A stretch of 64,000 nt of DNA from Montanilutibacter psychrotolerans. GTDB lineage: Bacteria; Pseudomonadota; Gammaproteobacteria; Xanthomonadales; Xanthomonadaceae. The stretch's first letter is position 1. Each line of letters starts with the position of its first letter. The translations under genes were made by a program, and so were the position numbers. Below the pieces are notes generated by a model. That model worked only from the letters and a program-made list of their open reading frames with translations. It searched no databases and was not told where the DNA came from. Shown here one piece after another: positions 43,102 through 56,426 of this stretch. The stretch is from contig NZ_RIBS01000008.1 in NCBI RefSeq assembly GCF_003719825.1, forward strand, positions 51,324-115,323, given 5' to 3'.

Positions 43102-46100
43102 TTACTTCTTCGGCGGATACTCGAACACGGTTGCCAGGTTGGGAAGGTTGACCACATCGGGCCAGTAGCTGCCGCGCAGTTCCATGGCGTCGGCGTACTG
43201 GGCATCGGGATTGGATTCGGTGCCAACGATCCATTCGATCACGTTCTCGGCCCAGGTCTCGTCCTGCATCGTGGAGAAGTAGCCCTCCAGCTCCATCACG
43301 CCGGACTTCGCGTCGACCTTGAGCTCTGGGTCCTTGCGCATGCCCGTGAACTTCTTGGTGATGTCCGAACGCGATGGCTTGGGCTTGCCGTCTTCGCAGA
43401 CGATGCCTCCGGCCGGGATGCGTTGTCCCTTGTAGATGGCAGTGAACTCCAGCTCCAGTCGGCTGCCCTTGGCGTAGCGCGGGAGTGCGATGTGGTAGCT
43501 GAAGTGCAGGCTGTAGCCGTGGCTGTCACTCATCTTGCCGAAGCGCCCTTGGCCCACCAGGGTCACCTTCTGCAGGCCATAGATTTCCTCTTCCAGAACC
43601 GCAAACAATGAGACGGTCTTGCTTTTTGTCACGTAGTACGGACTGTTGACGGCCGTCTTGCCGGTCCGGTGCGCACCCTTGCCGAAGATGCCGTTGTCGA
43701 GCCAGTACTCGACGGGCAACATGTTCTCGTCGTCGGTCCCGAATGCTTGCCAGGCGCAGTACAACGCCAGGCCCAGGAAGCCGATGATCAGCAGCGCCCA
43801 ACCCACGGGACCCAGGCTTGCACCAATGCCCAGGACCGCACCGGTCGATGCACCATAGGCCGCCGCACTGCCCAGCACGAGCGCTACGCCAGAGCCCATC
43901 GTCCACAGCCCGGAATCGACGTCACCACCCTGGGCCTTGCCAAAGCCTTTGGCGATGCCGTAGACACCTTCGATCACACCGGCGGCCAAGCCGAGGCGAG
44001 CCGACCAGCGTTGCATGAGTTGCCTGGAAGCCACCTGCGCGCCACGCAGCGACTGCACGGCCAGGCACATGTCCATCCCCGCACCCAGGCCCGCCAGCGC
44101 CGAAACGGTAATGCCCACGCGCATGTCCCGCAGGTCGCCGGCGTCCCGCAGGCCCTCGTCCTTCTTGAAGTAGTCGGTCACCGCACCGACCATGGCGTTG
44201 ACCTGGAAGAACAGCGCGCCCGAGCTCAGTCCCACTTCGGCCTTCTTGCCGATAATGCTCATGTGGTTGCGCTGGAACGGGTTGTCGTTGGCGCCAGCGC
44301 GCGAAGCGAGATCCAGGTTCTCCAGCCCCATCCTGCGGACGACTTTTGGATCGAGCTGCCCGCCCGATTCGAGCTTGTTGGCCACCCAGGCAACGGTTTC
44401 CGCGGCTTCCGCCCGGCTGTTGGGCAGGTCCAGGACGATCGCGCCGTCGAGGCCTTGCGACAGCCCCCAGCCCTTGCCACCCAGGTTGCCCTGGGTGGCC
44501 AGATAGGGCCCTCGGCCGGCATTGGGCACGGTGCGTATCGGCGCGCTCCCGCCGATACGTGGCGCGCCGGTGGCGATCTCCATGATCTTTCCGGCGATTC
44601 GGTTCCAGGTGCCCTTGACCACCACCGGGCGCATGACGACGTCATCGCGCGTGAGCAACGACAACGCCACCTTGCGGATCAGCTTCTTGTAAGCCTTGGG
44701 ATTGTCGCGACGCAGATCGAACAGGATGCCCGCGCTGGATTCGACCAGGGTGGCCATTGCCTCGTTCGCCGCGCGCTGGGCGCGGATCGAGGCACGGAAG
44801 ACGTTGACCTGCGTGATGGCCTTACCGGTCAGCAAGTCGGACAGCTGGGTGGCTTCCTTGACCGTGTCGTACGCCTCGTCCTGGTCGCCGGGATTGCCGG
44901 CCAGGTACTCGAGGAATGGCCTGTGGTCGCCCGTGAGCGCACGTGCCAGCCAGTTGTCCGGATCGGTGGGCTCCATGTCCAGGGCCGGGTACCAGACCAG
45001 GTCACGCTCGAGCTTCGTCCGCCCGGAGCCGGCCACGGAACTGGCGATCATGTCGCATCGGTCCAATGCGGAGCGGTGGTCGGTATCGTCGAAGTCGCTG
45101 CGCTGCACCCGCTTCCACTGCGCGGATTCCTTCACCGAGCAGTAATCGGCACTGACCTTCTTGACGTACTCGAGCAGGGAGGTGAACTGCTTCGATTCCT
45201 GCCGGGTGGCCTGCCAGTCGGCCTGGTTGATGTGCCGCAGGTAGCGGTCGGGACCGTAGTTTTTATCCCACCACGGCCCCGGGTTCGCCTCGGCGTTGGC
45301 GCGGATGCCTTCGATGATGTCGGCGATGACGCGCTTGCGCGTGCGCACCGGGTCGCCCATGCCCGACACCGCGGCGGCATCGGCGGAAATCCGGTTGCGG
45401 TAGCCGTTGAGCTGGCGGGTGACGCCGACGATGTCGTCGAGCAGCACGATCGCCCCGACCTTGGCCTCGGTGTTCTTGGAGGCGGTGGCCATCGCCGTGG
45501 CCAGCACCGTGCCGTTGGCCAGGGTCATCAGCGGCATGGTTGCGCTGGCGCCGCGATCGTGGAGCGGCTCGACCTGCGACTTGTTGATCTTGGTGCGCGT
45601 GGCCGGCGACGAGTAGTCGGCGACGTAGTTGCCGATCGACGCCGTCATCTTCATGCCGTGCGGAACCGGGCTTCCCTCATAGCCGCCCAGCTTGCCTGCG
45701 GCCGCAGACACCACGTCCAGGCGCGTCATGCGGCTGTCGCGAAGGCCGTCGACGTTGTCGGCGTAGGCCTTCATCACCTTGGGCGTCCAGCGGTAGCGGC
45801 TGAAGGCCATCCAGACTTCCTTCGTGCGCTTGGGATCGAGCACGAAGAACTGCAGCGCGACGTTGTTGTGCTCCGAGCGGCTGCACGCGCCGGGCTTGTC
45901 CATCGGCCCGATGCCATCGGGCGACTCGGGCATGCCCGACGACGGCATGGCCTGCAGCAGGCCGGAGCTGTCGACGAGGTAGGCGTCCCAGGTCTTGTCG
46001 GGCTTGAGCACGTACAGGTAGCCCGCGCGCAGCGCGCGCATGAAGTACCAGTGCTCGGTGAGGTCCTTGGTGGTCAGACCATTGCTGAGCGCCTTCAGTT

Positions 46101-46290
46101 CAGTGGAGACGGTGAGGTCTTCCAGCGGAAACACGGCGGGCAACGATTCCGTCTTCGAGAACGCGCCGGAAATGACCGGCAAGATGGCCAGTCCTTCCTT
46201 CACGCAATTCGGGCACGGCGCGCCGGACTTCTTCGCTGTGGTGTTGGCTGCTGCGCCGCGCTTTGCCGCGGCAATGCCCGTGTCGGCCAT
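43102..46290 (-). CDS. T6SS MIX-clan, VasX/Tme-like membrane-disrupting (pore-forming) effector, 1062 aa
   Basis: N-terminal MIX-like motif (LAILPV ... FMRALRAGYLYVL = hRxGhhYhh). C-terminal Gly/Ala-rich hydrophobic helices (GLGAGMDMCLAV..., GSGVALVLGSAAAYGASTGAVLGIGASLGPVGWALLIIGFLGLALY) typical of colicin-like pore formers. Located downstream of vgrG and a DUF4123 adaptor. Confidence 0.75.
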   Translation of the reverse strand: MADTGIAAAKRGAAANTTAKKSGAPCPNCVKEGLAILPVISGAFSKTESLPAVFPLEDLTVSTELKALSNGLTTKDLTEHWYFMRALRAGYLYVLKPDKTWDAYLVDSSGLLQAMPSSGMPESPDGIGPMDKPGACSRSEHNNVALQFFVLDPKRTKEVWMAFSRYRWTPKVMKAYADNVDGLRDSRMTRLDVVSAAAGKLGGYEGSPVPHGMKMTASIGNYVADYSSPATRTKINKSQVEPLHDRGASATMPLMTLANGTVLATAMATASKNTEAKVGAIVLLDDIVGVTRQLNGYRNRISADAAAVSGMGDPVRTRKRVIADIIEGIRANAEANPGPWWDKNYGPDRYLRHINQADWQATRQESKQFTSLLEYVKKVSADYCSVKESAQWKRVQRSDFDDTDHRSALDRCDMIASSVAGSGRTKLERDLVWYPALDMEPTDPDNWLARALTGDHRPFLEYLAGNPGDQDEAYDTVKEATQLSDLLTGKAITQVNVFRASIRAQRAANEAMATLVESSAGILFDLRRDNPKAYKKLIRKVALSLLTRDDVVMRPVVVKGTWNRIAGKIMEIATGAPRIGGSAPIRTVPNAGRGPYLATQGNLGGKGWGLSQGLDGAIVLDLPNSRAEAAETVAWVANKLESGGQLDPKVVRRMGLENLDLASRAGANDNPFQRNHMSIIGKKAEVGLSSGALFFQVNAMVGAVTDYFKKDEGLRDAGDLRDMRVGITVSALAGLGAGMDMCLAVQSLRGAQVASRQLMQRWSARLGLAAGVIEGVYGIAKGFGKAQGGDVDSGLWTMGSGVALVLGSAAAYGASTGAVLGIGASLGPVGWALLIIGFLGLALYCAWQAFGTDDENMLPVEYWLDNGIFGKGAHRTGKTAVNSPYYVTKSKTVSLFAVLEEEIYGLQKVTLVGQGRFGKMSDSHGYSLHFSYHIALPRYAKGSRLELEFTAIYKGQRIPAGGIVCEDGKPKPSRSDITKKFTGMRKDPELKVDAKSGVMELEGYFSTMQDETWAENVIEWIVGTESNPDAQYADAMELRGSYWPDVVNLPNLATVFEYPPKK

Positions 46291-46302
46291 GACTATCTCT
46301 CC

Positions 46303-47274
46303 TTAGACGGTTCTTGTTGGCGCATCCGACCGGGGGCCTTCCCCAAGCCTGGTCCAGTACTGCTCGTCGAAACGATCCAATGCATCGATGGGCGACATGC
46401 CCTCGGCCCACGCTTCGGCCATAGCCGCGCGGACGTCTTCCACCCGGTCGAACCCCTCGCCGACCAGGACGCCGTACAGCGCGTACGTCACCTGGTCGCG
46501 ATCGGTTTCCAGCCCCCACTCCTTGGCGCCGCGACCGATCAGGTGGGCGACACGCGTCACCAGGTCCGCGTCGACCACGGCATGGCCCATGTCCTGCAAC
46601 ACATCGAGCGTGCGATTGACGTGCTCGGCCTGGAAAAGGCTGCGGACCTGCAGCGAGTCGAACTGCCAGCCGTTGCTTTCGGACACGTGGCTCGCGGCCG
46701 ACTCGCTGCGCGCGATGCTGCGCAGGCTGCCGTCGCGCGCCAGCCATGACCACGAGCGCGCGGGGCCAAGCAAGGCATCCACCTGCGCGGGCTTCAACGA
46801 CGCCTGCAGCAGATCGAGCACGCGCGGATCCCAGAAGCGCAGCAGCTTCATCTCCTGTCCGACGCGAAGTCGCGCGCGTTCGGCCAGGTGCGCGGCCAGC
46901 ACGCCGGGCGCAGCGTCGGTGACCACCCAGCCGCAGATCGAGCGGCCTTGCGGCTTTTCCTCATCGCCGCGCATCGCCTGTCGCAGGCTGGCGGCAAGCG
47001 AACGGTCGATCACGTCGTCCCGACCAAAGTCGCCCAGCGGCAACAGGTACGGGAACTGCGCGGCCTTCATTTCGGGGTGGCGAACGGCAATCGCCACGGC
47101 CGCGCTTCGCGCGGTCTCGGCCTGAAACGGGTCGCCCAGCACCGGATCGATCACCGCATGCAACGATTGCCCGTGGCCGACGAGCGCCAGCAGGCGCTCG
47201 TACGACGCCGCGAGCGCCGCCGCCGCCGCCGCCGTTGCTGACTCAGACAAGTCCAGCTCCACCCTGGGCGGCAT
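46303..47274 (-). CDS. DUF4123-family T6SS effector adaptor/chaperone (Tap/Tec-like)
   Basis: Conserved DUF4123 core (AVIDPVLGDPF...FPYLLPLGD...LRFWDPRVL) and canonical vgrG-adaptor-effector order. The annotated start overlaps the vgrG 3' end by ~30 nt, so the true start may be internal. Confidence 0.8.
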   Translation of the reverse strand: MPPRVELDLSESATAAAAAALAASYERLLALVGHGQSLHAVIDPVLGDPFQAETARSAAVAIAVRHPEMKAAQFPYLLPLGDFGRDDVIDRSLAASLRQAMRGDEEKPQGRSICGWVVTDAAPGVLAAHLAERARLRVGQEMKLLRFWDPRVLDLLQASLKPAQVDALLGPARSWSWLARDGSLRSIARSESAASHVSESNGWQFDSLQVRSLFQAEHVNRTLDVLQDMGHAVVDADLVTRVAHLIGRGAKEWGLETDRDQVTYALYGVLVGEGFDRVEDVRAAMAEAWAEGMSPIDALDRFDEQYWTRLGEGPRSDAPTRTV

Positions 47275-50036
47275 TCTGCATCTTGAAATCGCAGCCCTTG
47301 TAGCTGGCAGAGGGCAGCTCGACCTTCGCCGCGCTCGCGCTCTTCGGCCCGGTCCACTCCTTCTTGCTGGCCTTGAACTCGATGGTGCCCGGCGCGCCCA
47401 GTTCGATGTTGCCGCCCTCGAGTTTCAGGTAGGCGCCGGCCGCGGTGACCAGCACGTGTTTGCTGGGGGCGGCGATGCTGACGTCGGCCTCGGTGCTGGA
47501 CAGGGTGACGTTGAGCTGCGCGGCAACGCGGGCGATTTCCTTGTGCGCGCGGGCGCTGACCGCGCCTTGTGCGGCGTGCAGGGCGATGCCGCGCTCCTGG
47601 TTGGGCTTGCCCGCGGGCGCCTCGCCGCCCTGGGTGAACAGCACGATGCCGCCGGCCGCTGCGTGCACCGTCTCGCCCTGGCTCAGCCACTGCAGGTCGC
47701 CGTCGGCGGCCAGCAGGGTCTGTGTGCCCGATACCCACACCTGGTCGGCCGGGGTCACGCTGACCAGACCGGCCGGGCTGCTGGCGACGATGGCCGAGCT
47801 GGACCAGCCGGGCACCTCGCCGTCGCCACCGCCGATGCCGTCGCCGGGGGCGCTGCCGCTCTGCGTGGCCTTGAGGGTTTCGGCCGTGGTCGCCAGGGTG
47901 GTCTGCACCGGCAGGTCGCCGCTGTCGTCGGGGAGCCCCGCGGTCTGCGCGCTGGCCGCCCCGGCCAGTGACTGCACCAGCTGCGTCGACTTGCCCAGCT
48001 GCGATTGTGCGCCGCTGGCGGCCATCTGCTCGCGGCCGGGCTCGGTGCTGATCAACAGCCCGGCGCCGGCGCGCAGCGCGCCGCTCGCCCGCGTCGCCAG
48101 TTCGGCACCGAAGCCGCGCTCGGCCCCGCGCAGGTTGTCTTCGCCGCCCTTGAGGTGGCCCAGGTTGAGTTCGCTGTCGTGCTGGGTGGTGGTGGCCTGG
48201 GCGCGGCCCTGGCCGGGCGTGTCGTCCAGGCGCAACTGCTGGTAGCCGCCGCTGCCGCCCTGGCTGTCGGCCAGCGCCTGGCTCTTGAAACCGGTGAACA
48301 CCGGCGCGTGCGCGTTGCCGTCGAACCACGCGGCCGCGTTGCCGGTGGCACCGGCGGCCCCGCCGGCCACCCGGTTGTGCGCGGCGTCGGTTTGGCCGCG
48401 ACCGTTGTAGACCGCGCCGATCACCACCGGCCGGTCGATGTCGCCTTCCAGGAACGCGACCAGCACTTCCTGGCCCTTGCGCGGCAGCAGCACGCCGCCC
48501 CAGTTGTCGCCGGCCCACGGCGTGGCCACGCGTACCCAGGTCCAGGCCGCGTCGTTGCCCGGCGCGTTGTCGTCGCCGGCCGGGTGCGATTGGCGGTTGC
48601 TGGCGTCGCCGCCGCGCTGCCAGGCGAACTGCACCTTGAGGCGGTGGTCGCGATCGGTCTGCAGTGGCGTGCCGTCGCTGACCACGATCGCGGTCTGGGT
48701 GCCGTGCACGGTCGGCTTGGGGTGCCGTCGCAGGCCGTGGCCGTCGACGGTCTGCGGCCGGTACGGCACCGCCGCGGGCAGCGCGTCGAAGGCGTTGCGG
48801 TAGAAATCGGTGGCGGTGGCGGTGTCGAGATGGATCGCGGTGTCCGACAGGCCCTCGTCGGCCGGCGCCGCGCCGCCGAACACCTCGCCCAGCGGCAGCG
48901 TCGGCAAGGCGACCAGGCCCAGTTGCGCCTCGACCTGTTCGAACACCTCCGCGCCGAGGTTGTTGCGTGCGCGGTGTTGCACGCGCAGGCAGTGGAACGC
49001 CGCGCCCTCGTGGTTGGGATGCTGGCGCAGCACGAAGCGCGCGCCGGGCGCGAGCACGCGCCAGCTGCCGCCGCCGTGCACGCTGTCGGCGGCGACCTGC
49101 AGCGCTTCGAGCTGCTGGCGCGCGTAACGCGCGCCGGTGGCCGCGTCGGGCCAGGCGTACGGGCCGGCGGTGTCGACGTCGGCAATGGCCACGCCGCCGT
49201 GTTGGGTGCCCTCGGCTTCGCTCGGACGCAGGCCGCGGCTGCGGTAGTCCCAGCTGGCGCGTTGCAGGCGCGTGGTCTGCCAGCGCCGCGTGGACGACCA
49301 GTGCTGGATGCTGTCGCTGCGCTCGGTGGCATCGCTGCGGTGGAAACGCACTGCACCGGCATCGACGAACGCGTCGTTGTGGTCGGCCAGTACCAGGGTG
49401 TGTGTGCCCAGGCTCTCGCCGCCGGTGTCGCCGCGGTGCTCGAACCAGTAGCCGATGCCCTCCTCGGCCAGCACGCGCTCGACGAACGCCAGGTCGCTCT
49501 CCTGGTACTGCGTGGTCAGGCTGCGCTTGCGGTACACCGACTGGTCGGCCAGCTCCCAGCGCCAGGCCGGCGCCAGCTTGCCGGCATCGGCGTAGTCGGC
49601 AAACACCGACTCGACGATCTCGACCACCGTCATGTCCTGGAACACGTAGCTGTCGATGCGCTGGCGGGCGAACGCGAGCCACGGCTCCAGCACCAGCCGG
49701 TAGCGCGCCAGGCCGCCGTTGCTGCCCAGTCGCTCGAAGCGGGTGACGTGCGCGTGGAACGGCCGCAGCTGCGTGCGCGACGCGTCGGTCAGCAGCTCCA
49801 GCAGCACCGGCTGGCCCAGCAGCTGCGTCAGGTCGATGTGGGCATCGACCGACAGCGCCGTCAGCTCAAGGCGAAAGCCGGCCTCGGCGTGCGCTCCGGG
49901 CGACAGCGACTCGACGCCATCCAGCGTCTCGGCGACCAGCACCTCGGGACCCAGCGGCGTATGCAGCCGCAGCAGGCGTTCGTTCTGTACCGGACCACCG
50001 ACCATCGCGGTCAGCACCGTGGCGAGGACATCCATG
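47243..50036 (-). CDS. vgrG: Type VI secretion tip/spike protein VgrG (TssI)
   Basis: gp27/gp5-like VgrG N-terminus (MDVLATVLTAMVGGP...RLLRLHTPLGPEVL...) with C-terminal beta-helix repeats. Start set at the internal MDVLAT rather than the longer ORF. Confidence 0.93.
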
Positions 50037-50173
50037 GCATTCGCCTCCTGAAAAACCGTTCCGTCATGGCGAAGGCCCATCGGGGTCTTCGCGAATCGTT
50101 CGTACCTGCGCCCTGTCACGCTGACAGGCGGATGGCCGGAACCCTACGGCTCCGGCGCTCCGCCCACCGCGAA

Positions 50174-50524
50174 TCACGCCGTGATGGCGATCACGTGCAG
50201 CCCCGGCTGTTCACGGCAACGCAGGTGGTAGCCCCTGCCGCCGACCGACAACGTGATGTGCGCGTTCGGGTCGGCGCCGCGTTCCGCGTCGCCCTTGCCA
50301 CCGCTGTGCACGGTCGCGCCGATCCGCCACGGCGTGCTGGCCAGCTGGCGCAGCAGGGCATTGGCATCGGTGCGGGCCGGCGCCGCGGCATCTTCCAGCA
50401 GCTTGATCACGTGCTCCGGGCCAAGCTTCTGCCACACGCGCACGCCCAGGCCATCGGGCTGGTACTGGCGCGACCACTTGTCGCTGCAGTTTCGGATCAC
50501 CTTCTCGCGTAACTGTCCGTTCAT
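50174..50524 (-). CDS. Hypothetical protein (116 aa) between clpV and vgrG
   Basis: Complete ORF with no recognisable motif (…GATVHSGGKGDAERGADPNAHITLSVGGRGYHLRCRE…). Position suggests a T6SS accessory, small toxin or immunity protein. Confidence 0.4.
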   Translation of the reverse strand: MNGQLREKVIRNCSDKWSRQYQPDGLGVRVWQKLGPEHVIKLLEDAAAPARTDANALLRQLASTPWRIGATVHSGGKGDAERGADPNAHITLSVGGRGYHLRCREQPGLHVIAITA

Positions 50525-50595
50525 GGTGGAGCTCCTTGTTGTCGATGCGGGCCGCGCTCGCGCGGCAGGGGGTGATGCGGTGGTGGCGCCGTGAC

Positions 50596-53403
<2,808 letters not shown>

Positions 53404-53485
53404 GCGGCGCGGCTCTGCGGTGGGTGTCTGGTGGATGGGAGGGCGGCGGTGCGTGGGTGGCGTGGGCGGTGATGTCTTGCCCGTG

Positions 53486-54574
53486 TCATTGCAGGGTGTG
53501 GATGCCGTAGCGGGTGTCCGACCGCGGCGTCTCCGATGGACGCGAACACACGTAGCTGTCCCAGCCCAGTCGTGCGCCGCCACCGGCGCCCATGCGGATG
53601 CCGGTCACGTGCTCGGCCTTGAGCGTCAGGCGCACTTCGTACTCGAGGCAGGCGCCGGTCAGCAGGGTCAGCCACTTGGCCAACGCCTTTGCCGCGGAGC
53701 CGCCGGGCAGGAAGTCGTGGAAGTGGCCGCGGTCCAGCGGTCCGATCCACAGTCGCATGCGCAGGTCGCGCTGCCAGACGCGCTCGCCGGCCAGTGCGGT
53801 GGAACCCAGCTGCGCGTTGCCCACGCCAAGACGGGTTCGCTGCGCGCCGGGTACCGCGTACCAGGCACCGACGAACTGCTCGATGCGCACGCTGACATTG
53901 AAGTAATCCGACAGGATGCGCTGCAGCAGCACCGCCGATACCGGGTGCTGGCGTATCGCACCGGCGTAGTGCGCGATGGCCTGGTCGAACACGTCGCCTT
54001 CGCCATCGACCATGCGCCGACGCAGCGACTGCATGCCAACGCCCGACAGCGACAGCACCAGCGGCAGGAAGCGCTCGTTGTTGTCCAGCTCGTACTGCAG
54101 CGCCAGCCGGTGCTTCTTCCACGCGGCGTAGTGCAGTGCCACCGCACGGTTGGTGAACACGTCCAGGAACGCGCGCGCGGCGCGGTCTCGGTGGTAGGTC
54201 TCGCGCTCGGACAGACGCTCGGTGTAGTGCAGCGGCAACACGCCGCCCGCACCCAGCAAGCCCATGAACGCCGGTGTGATGTGAACCTCGCCGAGGTCCT
54301 CCATGGTCACCGCGTGCTCGATCGCGGCACTGCGGTCCAGGGCCATGCCGTCGCTGGCGAATGCCTGCGCCGATTCGATCTCGCTGGGCGCGAAGCCAAG
54401 CGACATCGAGTTCATGAAGCGCACCTTGCGCGGCACCACGTCTTCGACGCGATGGCCCTGGCGCACGAACAACCGCTCGAGGATCCGAAGCGCCTGGAAG
54501 AACTGGAAGCGCTGGGGTTCGGCGAGCAGCTGCTGCGCTACACCAGGATCGACTCGCCGCTTCGCGGTGCGCAT
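53486..54574 (-). CDS. tssG: Type VI secretion baseplate protein TssG
   Basis: MRTAKRRVDPGVAQQLLAEPQRFQFFQALRILERL is the TssG N-terminal signature. Overlaps the tssF stop by 37 nt. The listed 874-aa ORF is an upstream read-through. Confidence 0.85.
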   Translation of the reverse strand: MRTAKRRVDPGVAQQLLAEPQRFQFFQALRILERLFVRQGHRVEDVVPRKVRFMNSMSLGFAPSEIESAQAFASDGMALDRSAAIEHAVTMEDLGEVHITPAFMGLLGAGGVLPLHYTERLSERETYHRDRAARAFLDVFTNRAVALHYAAWKKHRLALQYELDNNERFLPLVLSLSGVGMQSLRRRMVDGEGDVFDQAIAHYAGAIRQHPVSAVLLQRILSDYFNVSVRIEQFVGAWYAVPGAQRTRLGVGNAQLGSTALAGERVWQRDLRMRLWIGPLDRGHFHDFLPGGSAAKALAKWLTLLTGACLEYEVRLTLKAEHVTGIRMGAGGGARLGWDSYVCSRPSETPRSDTRYGIHTLQ

Positions 54575-56373
54575 CGGACGATTTCCTCGCCGCTGTCGGA
54601 CGACAGCAAGACCAGTTGGGTGAAGCTGTTGGCGTGCACGTACAGGCCGAAGAAATGGTCGAGTACGCGGGTGAAGGCGGCGATGCCGGCGCCGACGAAA
54701 CTGTTTTCCTCGATGGTCAGGCGGATCTCGACGCCGCGCACGACGCTGGCGAAGTGCTTGCCGGGCAACCATGCCGTTGTCGGCACGTGCTCGAGACCGA
54801 CGATGCCGTCGATCTGCCGGCTGGTCACCGCCGAGCGGGCCATGTCGTACAGACGCAGCATTTCCTTGAGCGCGGGCAGGCCGCTCTGGGTCAACGACAG
54901 GTGGTTCAACGACAGGTGCGAGATCAGGCGCCAGTGGGCGCCGCGGCCGCGATCGAATCGCAGCGGCTTGCTGGGCTTGCGCAGCAGCGAAATCGTGCGC
55001 GCGACGCCGCCACCCTCCAGCGTGAGGTCGCCGCCCTGCACGCCGTAGGCCAGCATGTTGGGCAGGTCGCGGTTGCTGCAGGTGAGTTCGATGCTGGCCA
55101 CGTCGGTCTGCGGCAGCACCGGGTTGAAGTCGAGATCGACGAACGACAGCTCGGTCTCGAAGCCCGGGCTGTGGCGCGCGACGTCTTCGTCCCGATGTGC
55201 GACCCAGTAGTGGCCGGTCTGGTCGGGCGTCTCGCCGTGGTGCAACGAGTAGAACGGACGGAACTCGGTGATCTGTTCGCCCTGCGGGGTTTGCCGCACG
55301 CGACGCACCGAGTCGATCGAGTACACCTCGTAGGCGAACGCCCGACGCGCGTCGGCCACCACCGGGTAGGTCGCGGCGCGGTGCGTCACGCGGATCGGCT
55401 CGCCGTGCTGGGCGAAAAGATTGACCACCGGCGTGCAGCCCAGCAGCACGTTGTCGCGGGTCAGGCCCTCCAGCACGCGGGTGGTCGGCGAGTCCGGCGG
55501 CTGCGATGCCAGCACCAGGTGCACGGTGAAGGACGCACCCGCGTGCGCGCGCAGCGCGTGCAGGTCGAGATCGAAGAATCCGAACTTCTCGGGGAACGCG
55601 AACAACTCGGTCAGCAACCGGTAGGCCGGGTGCGAGCGCTCGGGGAAATCGATCAGCGACTCGTCTTCGCGGAAACCGGTCTGCTGCAGTGGGTTTTTGT
55701 CGAGACGATGCCAGCGGTGCGTGCCGGTGACCTCGACAAAGGCCGCGCGCACGCCGAGGGCGAGCGTGTCGCGCAACGCCGAGCAGAACGAGGGTTCGCC
55801 ATCGGTGAACAGACGCAAGGTCTCCAGACCCAGCGCAGCGGGCGAGATGTGGTCGCCGAGCAGTTCGAACGACAGCGAGATCTGGCCACCGACGCCCTGC
55901 GGCAAGCTGACGGCCATGGGCGCTTCGGCGATCGACTTGAAGGTCGCCGCGTTCAGGCGGATCGGCGCCAGCACCACGTCGTAGCAGCTGCGGAACCGGC
56001 AGCTGACGCCGCGCACGCTGCGCGAGTGCAGCAGCGTGTCGCGCTCGAGGGTGACCGGCGCGCTGAGCTTGGCCAGGCCGTTGCCCATGTCGAATCGCGC
56101 AATCGAGCACGACGGGAACGGGCGCAGGTAATGCGGGTAAAGCACCTCGAGCAGTGCTTCGGTGAACTCGGGGTAGTCGTCCTCGACCTTCTTGTTGACG
56201 CGCGCGCTGAGCAGCGCGAACGACTCGATCAGACGTTCGACATGTGGGTCCTGGCTGCCATCGCCCGACAGCAGCAGGCGCCCGGCGATCTTGGGGTAAC
56301 GCTCAGCAAATTCGCGGCCGTAACGGCGCAGGTACGCAAGCTCGCGCTCGTAGTACGGGAGCAGATCTTCCAT
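54538..56373 (-). CDS. tssF: Type VI secretion baseplate protein TssF
   Basis: MEDLLPYYERELAYLRRYGREFAERYPKIAGRL is the TssF N-terminus; 611 aa. Confidence 0.9.
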   Translation of the reverse strand: MEDLLPYYERELAYLRRYGREFAERYPKIAGRLLLSGDGSQDPHVERLIESFALLSARVNKKVEDDYPEFTEALLEVLYPHYLRPFPSCSIARFDMGNGLAKLSAPVTLERDTLLHSRSVRGVSCRFRSCYDVVLAPIRLNAATFKSIAEAPMAVSLPQGVGGQISLSFELLGDHISPAALGLETLRLFTDGEPSFCSALRDTLALGVRAAFVEVTGTHRWHRLDKNPLQQTGFREDESLIDFPERSHPAYRLLTELFAFPEKFGFFDLDLHALRAHAGASFTVHLVLASQPPDSPTTRVLEGLTRDNVLLGCTPVVNLFAQHGEPIRVTHRAATYPVVADARRAFAYEVYSIDSVRRVRQTPQGEQITEFRPFYSLHHGETPDQTGHYWVAHRDEDVARHSPGFETELSFVDLDFNPVLPQTDVASIELTCSNRDLPNMLAYGVQGGDLTLEGGGVARTISLLRKPSKPLRFDRGRGAHWRLISHLSLNHLSLTQSGLPALKEMLRLYDMARSAVTSRQIDGIVGLEHVPTTAWLPGKHFASVVRGVEIRLTIEENSFVGAGIAAFTRVLDHFFGLYVHANSFTQLVLLSSDSGEEIVRCAPRSGESILV

Positions 56374-56426
56374 CGCTCAGGCGCCTCCGTGGAGCCGGCT
56401 GGCATTGGTGCACGCGTCGCGCATGT

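Noticed and set aside
53486-56110. 874-aa ORF covering tssG
   Set aside because: Only the C-terminal ~363 aa (from MRTAKRR at 54574) are TssG-like. The upstream portion is an out-of-frame shadow over tssF and is Arg/Pro-rich.
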